Shown here one piece after another: positions 57,569-64,000 of a stretch of DNA of 64,000 nt (its first letter is position 1; each line of letters begins with the position of its first letter). The DNA comes from Thermoplasmata archaeon. Lineage in GTDB: Archaea > Thermoplasmatota > E2 > JACPAO01 > JAHFTW01. Under the pieces are notes generated by a model. It did not search any database. It was not told where the DNA came from and saw nothing but the letters and a program-made list of their open reading frames with translations. The position numbers were made by a program, and so were the translations under genes. Where the stretch lies: positions 602,171 through 666,170 of the forward strand of contig JAXDQS010000003.1 of the NCBI GenBank assembly GCA_034667725.1. The letters run 5' to 3'.

Positions 57569-57649
57569 CGATCGGCCCGTTGGGGCCTAATCTCATTATC
57601 GCCGCGTGCATGGGAGCGGATTCCGACCCGCATGGGTCAAGTGAACCGC

Positions 57650-57856
57650 ATGAACCCCACCACGTTGGCCATCCTGACGATGGCGCTCGCCACGATGATG
57701 ATGACCCCGGCCGCTGCCGCCGAGGACGCCCAGGTCTTCCTGTCCGCCACCGGCTGCGTGCCGCTGGAGACCGACACCACCAGGATGCCTCCGACCGCGC
57801 GCGTGACCCCCGAGTGCATCAAGGAGAAGACCGATCTTCTGGTCCCAGACCTCTAA
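57650..57856 (+). CDS. Small secreted two-Cys peptide
   Basis: Signal peptide ending PAAAA; Cys pair in mature part. Confidence 0.65.
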   Translation: MNPTTLAILTMALATMMMTPAAAAEDAQVFLSATGCVPLETDTTRMPPTARVTPECIKEKTDLLVPDL

Positions 57857-57880
57857 GAGGCCCCACGCCTTCGGGCGCTC

Positions 57881-59221
57881 GTGCCCCGCCTGGGAGCGGC
57901 CGCTGCCGCCCTTCTCCTTCTCCTGCCTTTTGCCCTGCCGCTGGCCGCCGCGGCCGAGGCCCCCGTGGTCCGGACGGTGCAGGTCGCGGGCACGGCCGCC
58001 GTCGAGGCTGTCCCCCAGTTGCTTGACGCGCGCGCCGGCCCCGGCCCCAACGCCAGGCTCGAGATGTCCGCGCGCCGCTGGACCGTGGTCGCCGTCGAGC
58101 GCGCCACCATGAACGTCGCCGACTTGTGGCGCAACGACGAAAGCGACCCCCGCACCACCGCCAGCACCTGGGAGGGCGACTTGGAGGCCGTGCCCTGGAT
58201 GGACGGCGCCCGGCTGTTCGTCACCGCCCTGCCCGGCGGCGCGTCGCTCGCGGGCTCGTTCCAGTCCGCCCACGTCGGGCCGCCCGAGTCCGCCTGCATG
58301 GCCCGCCCCAGCCACTTCCTCGGGCACGATCCAGGCCCCTGCGTGCCGCTGGGCCCGACCCACGTCGTCGAAAGCCTCGACGAGGTCCTGTCCCTCCGCT
58401 GGACCGGCCCCGTGCGCGTCCAGCTCTGGGGCTGGAACGTCACCGGCGAGGCGGGCGCTTCCTGGAGCGGCGCGGCTCAGCGGCCTTGGCAGCCGGGCGT
58501 CCCCGCCTACGACGAGACGGTGCGCGTCGTGACCCTGATGGCCGACCAGGCCGAGCTCCGCTTCACCCTCCCCGGCCACGACACCAGCATGGCCTGGCTC
58601 GCGTCGGACTGGGACGTCACCGGCACCATCGTCGTGGAGGACGCCTTGGCGGGCACGGTCACGCAGCTCACCGGCGACCACGCCATGGCCTTCGGCGCCC
58701 GCGACGGCGACGCGCTGCCGCTTGCCTTCGCCGCCCCGGCGCGGCCGCCGGACGGCCTGGCCGCCTCCGGCTGGACGGGGCTCGGCGCCACCGTGCTCGT
58801 GCTGCTGGGCACCCTCGCCGCCGCCCTTGCGGCCTGGCGCCGGAGCCGCCCGCGCACCGACCTGGAGGACCTCCTGGACGCGCCCGACCCGGCCACCGCC
58901 GCCGCCCGCGCCGGCCACAGCCCGCGGGCCGGCAAGCAGGCGACCATCCTGCGCACCATCGCCTTCATCCGCTCCCGCCAGCCCGACGCCGCCGAGGCGG
59001 TGCTGCAGGCCCAGCAGGGCGCCGACCCGCTCGACACCGCGGACCACGCCTTCCTGCTGGCCTGCATCCGGGCGCTGCAAGGGCGCGCGCAGGAGGCCGC
59101 CGCCGCCGTCCGGGCCTGCCTGGCCGCCTCGCCGAGCTACGCCGTCGAGGTGCGCGGCACGCCCATCCTGCGCGGCCTCATGGAGGCCGGCGCGCCCGGC
59201 GACGCGGAGGGCTACGCATGA
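57881..59221 (+). CDS. Single-pass membrane protein with extracellular domain and cytoplasmic TPR-like tail
   Basis: Signal peptide, beta-rich body, TM followed by RRSRPR, FLLACIRALQG..QEA...CLAASP. Confidence 0.7.
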   Translation: MPRLGAAAAALLLLLPFALPLAAAAEAPVVRTVQVAGTAAVEAVPQLLDARAGPGPNARLEMSARRWTVVAVERATMNVADLWRNDESDPRTTASTWEGDLEAVPWMDGARLFVTALPGGASLAGSFQSAHVGPPESACMARPSHFLGHDPGPCVPLGPTHVVESLDEVLSLRWTGPVRVQLWGWNVTGEAGASWSGAAQRPWQPGVPAYDETVRVVTLMADQAELRFTLPGHDTSMAWLASDWDVTGTIVVEDALAGTVTQLTGDHAMAFGARDGDALPLAFAAPARPPDGLAASGWTGLGATVLVLLGTLAAALAAWRRSRPRTDLEDLLDAPDPATAAARAGHSPRAGKQATILRTIAFIRSRQPDAAEAVLQAQQGADPLDTADHAFLLACIRALQGRAQEAAAAVRACLAASPSYAVEVRGTPILRGLMEAGAPGDAEGYA

Positions 59222-59718
59222 TGTTCTTCATCCGCGGCCCCAACCGGCTGTCCGAGGGCACGCGCCAGGCCATCGCGCGCGCCTTGGGCGAGCATCCCGG
59301 CGCCACCGAGAAGGAGCTGGTGGACGCCACGGGGCTGGCGCGGGGCTCGGTCGCGCACCACCTGCGCCGCATGGCGGCCCAGTCCGGCGTGCGCGTGGTG
59401 CGCCGCGGCCGCGCCGCCTACTACTTCCTGCCCACGGTGGGCACCTCGTACCAGCACCTCATGCGCCTGGTGCGCGACGACCACTGCGCCGCCATCCTGC
59501 GCACCCTCGAGCTGAAGCCGCGCACCGGCATCCAGGACCTCAGCAGCGAGCTGTCGCTGTCGCGCAAGATCGTGCGCCGCTACCTGACCGAGCTGGTGGA
59601 CTTCGGCCTGGTGTCCCGGAGCGCCGACTACCGGCCGCGCTTCGAGCTGACCCGCGAGACCACGGCGTCGCTGCGGGAGGTCCTGCGCGACGACGACAAG
59701 GGCCTCACAAGGCCGTGA
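59218..59718 (+). CDS. Soluble double winged-helix transcription regulator
   Basis: HPGATEKEL..TGLARGSVAHHLRRM; second HTH DLSSELSLSRKIVRRYL; ATGA overlap. Confidence 0.8.
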   Translation: MMFFIRGPNRLSEGTRQAIARALGEHPGATEKELVDATGLARGSVAHHLRRMAAQSGVRVVRRGRAAYYFLPTVGTSYQHLMRLVRDDHCAAILRTLELKPRTGIQDLSSELSLSRKIVRRYLTELVDFGLVSRSADYRPRFELTRETTASLREVLRDDDKGLTRP

Positions 59719-60340
59719 TGTCGAAGCGGTCCACGACCTCGTCGGCGGCGCGGACCTCCAGCCACTGGTGCGGGCCGTGGGCGTAGGTGCGGAACCAGAC
59801 GGGCCGCAGCCGGGCGGGGGCGGGCGCGTCGCCGTGCTCCTGCACGACGTCGCTCCAATGGACCCGGTACGAGGCGCCGCCCGTGCGCAGCGACAGGTCG
59901 AGGCCGACGTACTCCCCGAGCGCCAGCGTGCCCAGCAGCCCGTTCTTGCCGTGCAGCGGCAGCGGGCTCAACGGCTCCAGCGCGCCCATGAGGTCGGCCG
60001 GGGCCTCGGCGGCCAGTGTCGGCGGGAGGCGGAACACGTCGCTCTCGCCGTGGGCGCCCGCCAGCACGACGATCTCCGGCGGCCGCGACTCGGGGTGGAA
60101 CTCGGCGACCCACGCCCCCTCGTCCGGCGGCAGGGCCTGCTCGACGAAGCTGCCGGTGGGCAAGAGCGCGAAGCGGCGGCGGTGGCCGGCGGCCTCCACT
60201 TGAAGGTCCACGCGGCGGCGCCGGCCGCGGCGGACGGTGAGGCCCGAGCCCCGCTCGCCTGTGAGGACGTAGCCCGCGGAGCCTTGGCCTGCGCCGCGGC
60301 GCACCAGATGCTCGTACGCGACCCGCAGGTTTTGCTCCAT
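59705..60340 (-). CDS. Hypothetical protein
   Basis: Coding-like ORF only. Confidence 0.5.
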   Translation of the reverse strand: MEQNLRVAYEHLVRRGAGQGSAGYVLTGERGSGLTVRRGRRRRVDLQVEAAGHRRRFALLPTGSFVEQALPPDEGAWVAEFHPESRPPEIVVLAGAHGESDVFRLPPTLAAEAPADLMGALEPLSPLPLHGKNGLLGTLALGEYVGLDLSLRTGGASYRVHWSDVVQEHGDAPAPARLRPVWFRTYAHGPHQWLEVRAADEVVDRFDITAL

Positions 60341-60484
60341 CACCCGTTCACCAAAAGCATCCCCGGCGGCGCTCGGCGCGCCCATCGCGCGATGGCCCCC
60401 GATGGGTCATGTTCTCTTTGGGCGCCGGCGGGACAAAGGGGCGCGAGGGGCAGGCTTAAGGCGAGCCGCCGGAGGTGCGCGAAC

Positions 60485-61492
60485 GTGGCGGCGCCGCTGG
60501 AGTGGGACACCCGGGAACTCCTGGGCGCCTCGTTCGCGTGCCTGGAGGGCTGCGGCTTCTGCTGCACCTTCCCGCCCGAGGTCGCCCACGACGAGCTGGC
60601 CCGGCTGCGCACCCGGTTCCCGCGGCTGCCGGTGGCTCGGCAAGACGGCGGCGGCCTCCGCCTGGCGCTCCAGGGCGGCTGCGGCGGCTGCACGCTGTTG
60701 GCGCGGCGGCGCTGCACCGCCTACGAGGAGCGGCCACGGCACTGCCGCTACTTCCCGTTCCATCTCTACTTCGGCCGCCGCACCGAAGTCTACGTCAACC
60801 GCACCTGCCGCGGCGTCGAGGCCGGCCAGGCCGCCGGCGACCTGTCGGGCGCGTTCGCCGCCCAGGTCCTCGGCGTCGCGCGGCCGCACGAGTGGCAGGA
60901 GGCCGAGCGCCAGGCGCGCCGGGTCCACGCCCGCTTCAGGCAGGAGGCCGAGGCGGCGGGGGCGTGGGGCGACGTGGACGCCGCCACCCGCCGCATCCTG
61001 GCCGACCCGGGCGCGGCCCAGGCGTCGTGGAGCCAGCCGGCGGCGGCCGCCGACGCCTGGGCGCCGTTCGCCGAGGAGGAGGTGCTGGCGCGGCCGTTCC
61101 ACCTCACGGCCGACCTGCGCTGGCTCACCTTCGCCGCCGACGGCGACCAGTTGCAAGTGCTGGAGATGCAGGAGACCGGCGAGCTGGCCCCGGGCGCGCG
61201 GCTCGCGTTGGCGCCCAACCAGGCCGGCGACGACGCGCTCGTGCTGCCCGAGCTGCGCCGGCTGGCGGGCCGCGACCTCTGGGCCGGCACCGTGTTCGAC
61301 GTCGTGGACGCGGCCGGCTACGCCGTCGGCGTCGAGGCGGCGGCCGCGGTGCGGGTGGCCGCCCAAGGCGCCGACCTGCGGCTGCGGCTCCGGGTGCTGC
61401 GCGCCCTCGGCCTGCCGGTGGACGCGGCCGAGCTGGCCCGGTTCGCCGACTCGGCGGCGCTCGACACGCCCACCATCGGGGGGTGGCTCTAG
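60485..61492 (+). CDS. YkgJ-family cysteine cluster protein
   Basis: FACLEGCGFCC, CTLL..RRCTAYEERP.HCRYFPF. Confidence 0.82.
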   Translation: MAAPLEWDTRELLGASFACLEGCGFCCTFPPEVAHDELARLRTRFPRLPVARQDGGGLRLALQGGCGGCTLLARRRCTAYEERPRHCRYFPFHLYFGRRTEVYVNRTCRGVEAGQAAGDLSGAFAAQVLGVARPHEWQEAERQARRVHARFRQEAEAAGAWGDVDAATRRILADPGAAQASWSQPAAAADAWAPFAEEEVLARPFHLTADLRWLTFAADGDQLQVLEMQETGELAPGARLALAPNQAGDDALVLPELRRLAGRDLWAGTVFDVVDAAGYAVGVEAAAAVRVAAQGADLRLRLRVLRALGLPVDAAELARFADSAALDTPTIGGWL

Positions 61493-62157
61493 TGGCGCGC
61501 GCACCGGTCGCCGTCCTGGCCGTCGTGGCCTTCGGGGCCATCGCCGCCCTCACGCTCGCGGGCGCCATGCGCGGCCCGGACCACTTCGTCCACGCCGCGG
61601 TGCGCGGCCTCGGCCACTGGGACGGCGAGCCGCCCGCCGGCAACGACACCGACCCCGACGTGCGCGGCCGCTGGCACGGCGACCTGCCCGGCGCCGAGCA
61701 CGTCGGCGCCCTCGGCGACTGGCGGTCCGCCCTCGGCGCCGCCGCCGTGCTGGCCGCCGCCCTGTGGGCGGCCGGCCGCAGGCGAAGCGCCGCCGTCGCG
61801 CTGGCCGGCGCCACGGCCAACGGCCTGGCCACGGCGATCCTGCAAACGGCCTTCGAGCCGTTGGCGGCGCCGTTGCGGGCCGGCGCGGCCGGGCCGTACC
61901 CGCAGATGTTCCCCAGCGGCCACACCTTGGGCGCGCTGTTCACCGCCGGCCTGGCCGCCGGCCTGTTGGCGCGCCGCGTCGCGGGCGCCGCCGGCACCCG
62001 CGTGGCGTGGTGCGCCGCGGCGGGCGCAGGCCTCCTGGTGGGCTTGGCACGGATCCTGGGGGGCCAGCACCTGCCGAGCGACGTGCTGGCGGGGGCCGCC
62101 GCCGGCGCCGCGCTGCTGGCCGCGACCTTGGCGGCCGATGCGCGCTGGGGCGGCTAG
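61492..62157 (+). CDS. PAP2-family membrane phosphatase
   Basis: FPSGH and ARILGGQHLPSDVLAG. Confidence 0.8.
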   Translation: MARAPVAVLAVVAFGAIAALTLAGAMRGPDHFVHAAVRGLGHWDGEPPAGNDTDPDVRGRWHGDLPGAEHVGALGDWRSALGAAAVLAAALWAAGRRRSAAVALAGATANGLATAILQTAFEPLAAPLRAGAAGPYPQMFPSGHTLGALFTAGLAAGLLARRVAGAAGTRVAWCAAAGAGLLVGLARILGGQHLPSDVLAGAAAGAALLAATLAADARWGG

Positions 62158-62900
62158 GGGCCCGGGTTGTCGAGGCCCTCTTGCGCCTCCTTGCGGCGGC
62201 GGGCCTTCTCGACGGCGAGCTTGTGGATCAAATCGGCGCGGCGCGGGTCGTCGCGCAGGTCGCGGACGCCGGTGCCGGAGGGCTCGCGCGGTGCCGCGGG
62301 CGCAGGCGAAGACGCGGGCGCGGCCATCGGCAGGTCCGCCAGCACCTTCGGGGCAGGGGCGAGGCCGCCGGCGGCGAACCGCTTGCGAAGCTCGTCCTGG
62401 GCCTGCTCGAAGGTGTTGGTGCCCTGCAGACGGTGGGCCGTGCGGGTGGCGGCGTCCCACCGCCACAGCTCGACGCCGGAGGTGGTGAGGATGCCGACGG
62501 CCAGCGGGTCCGGGTACTCCTCCTCGAACACGACGCGCTTGATGCCGCAGTTGGCCACCATGCGGCTGCATTGCGTGCACGGCTGCGTGGTGCAGTAAAG
62601 GTCCGCGCCCTCGATCGACACGCCCGTCGTGGCCGCCTGGATGATGGCGTTCTGCTCGGCGTGCAGGCACGGGCAGATGTCCGCGACCATGCCGCGCGGG
62701 ATGTGCAGCTCGTCGCGCAGGCAGCCGACGTCGATCGGGTGCGGGAAGTTGCGCGGCGCGCCGTTGTAGCCCGTGGTGAGGACCCGCTTGTCCTTGACGA
62801 TGACCGCGCCGACGGTGCGGCGAGGACAGGTGCCGCGCGCCTTGACGAGGTGCGTCATGTCCATGAAGTACTGCTCGACGGACGGACGGTCGGCGGACAT
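62154..62900 (-). CDS. dCMP deaminase family protein
   Basis: RGTC.RR.VGA, TGYNG, HAEQNAI, PCTQC. Confidence 0.9.
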   Translation of the reverse strand: MSADRPSVEQYFMDMTHLVKARGTCPRRTVGAVIVKDKRVLTTGYNGAPRNFPHPIDVGCLRDELHIPRGMVADICPCLHAEQNAIIQAATTGVSIEGADLYCTTQPCTQCSRMVANCGIKRVVFEEEYPDPLAVGILTTSGVELWRWDAATRTAHRLQGTNTFEQAQDELRKRFAAGGLAPAPKVLADLPMAAPASSPAPAAPREPSGTGVRDLRDDPRRADLIHKLAVEKARRRKEAQEGLDNPGP

Positions 62901-62965
62901 CGGCGCCGCTTGGACCCGCGGCGCAGGCTTCAGCCTTATGGGAGCGTGCAGCCTCGCGCCGCCCG

Positions 62966-63715
62966 ATGGACAAGGAGGCCCAGAAGCGCGAGGCCGGCGA
63001 GGCCGCCGCCGCGCTGGCGCAGGACGGCATGGTCGTGGGCCTCGGCACCGGCTCCACCGTGCGCTACACCATCGAGGCCTTGGGCCGCAAGGTCGCCGCA
63101 GGGCTGCGCATCGTGGGCATCCCGACGAGCATCCAGTCGGAGCAGCTCGCGCGCAAGGTGGGCATCCCGCTCACCACGCTCGACGAGCATCCGGTGGTGG
63201 ACCTGACCATCGACGGCGCCGACGAGCTCGACGCCCAGCTGCGCCTCATCAAGGGCGGCGGCGGGGCGCTTGCCCGCGAGAAGGTGGTGGCCCGCGTCAG
63301 CCGCCGCATGGTCGTCGTCGCGGACGCGGCCAAGCAGGTCGAACGGCTCGGCTCCACCTTCGCGCTTCCGATCGAGGTGCTGCCGTTCGGCGCGCGCCCC
63401 GTGGCCGACTACGTCGCCTCGCTCGGCGCCCGCGTCACGCTGCGCACGGCGCCGGACGGGTCGCCCTACCGCACCGACAACGGCAACGCCATCCTCGACG
63501 CGCGCTGGCCCGCCATCGACGACCCGGAACGGCTCGAAACCCAGCTCGAGACCTACCCGGGCGTCGTCACCTGCGGGCTCTTCCTTGGGCTCTGCTCGGA
63601 GGCGTTCGTGGCCGGGCCCGGCGGCGTGCGGCGCGTGCAGGCAGCGCCTCGCAGCGCACCAGCCACCGCGCCTGGGCGGGGGGCAGGGTCCGGAAGCGGG
63701 TGGGCATCTACTTGA
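62966..63715 (+). CDS. rpiA: Ribose-5-phosphate isomerase A
   Basis: GLGTGST, DGADE, IKGGGGA..REK, TDNGN. Confidence 0.95.
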   Translation: MDKEAQKREAGEAAAALAQDGMVVGLGTGSTVRYTIEALGRKVAAGLRIVGIPTSIQSEQLARKVGIPLTTLDEHPVVDLTIDGADELDAQLRLIKGGGGALAREKVVARVSRRMVVVADAAKQVERLGSTFALPIEVLPFGARPVADYVASLGARVTLRTAPDGSPYRTDNGNAILDARWPAIDDPERLETQLETYPGVVTCGLFLGLCSEAFVAGPGGVRRVQAAPRSAPATAPGRGAGSGSGWAST

Positions 63716-64000
63716 GCCGCTCCTTGAGCACCTGAAGCGCCTCCTGGTACTCGGCCAGGGTGCGGCGGCCCTGCTCCTCGTAGTGCTTGCGGATGGTCCG
63801 GAGCGGGACCGAGAGGCGGTAGACGTGCATCGGACGGCCCTTGCCCTTGCGGGGATGGGTGCCCTCCTCGATCCAGCCGCGGTCCCGCAGCAGGTGCATC
63901 CCGGTCGAGACCTCAGGCTGGCGCAGCCCCGTCTTGGCGACGATGTCCTTGGTCTGCAGCGCCTCCGTGGTGGTCAGCGCCGCCAGCAGCGAGGCCTCGA
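63708..64000 (-). CDS. Archaeal winged-helix transcription regulator, 5' truncated by window edge
   Basis: KTGLRQPEVSTGM..LRDRGWI...KGKGRP.HVYRL. Confidence 0.75.
   Translation of the reverse strand, partial: EASLLAALTTTEALQTKDIVAKTGLRQPEVSTGMHLLRDRGWIEEGTHPRKGKGRPMHVYRLSVPLRTIRKHYEEQGRRTLAEYQEALQVLKERLK

Overview
A very GC-rich (roughly 70% by eye) archaeal chromosomal segment, most plausibly from an uncultured Thermoplasmatota lineage. Archaeal markers are aRF1 (NIKS/GGQ), RFC small subunit, tRNA-G15 transglycosylase, rps24e/rps27ae, long-type PheS, Sec11-like signal peptidase, a NOG1-like GTPase and Trm11. There are three intron-less tRNAs (Glu-TTC, a CAT-anticodon tRNA, Gly-GCC). Many genes are of bacterial type: FabI, type II glutamine synthetase, RibA, PPi-PFK, IscA, CsbD and PAS histidine kinases. 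One clearly lower-GC single-gene island encodes an OLD-family ATPase-TOPRIM nuclease. Main candidate novelties: (1) a three-gene module of small secreted disulfide peptide, single-pass receptor-like protein with a cytoplasmic TPR-like tail, and double winged-helix regulator, with a receptor paralog and further orphan Cys peptides elsewhere; (2) an FTR1 iron permease fused to a ferrochelatase-like domain; (3) a stand-alone 7TM protein family, one copy inside a kinase/receiver operon; (4) an Mrp/ApbC whose CxxC is replaced by an Ig-like insert; (5) three intergenic palindromes with a 9-nt period; (6) tandem glycoside-hydrolase-like paralogs with expansin-type binding domains and a shared upstream motif. 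No CRISPR array, rRNA, transposase or integrase was recognised. All assignments come from motif recognition by eye, and several start codons are estimates.
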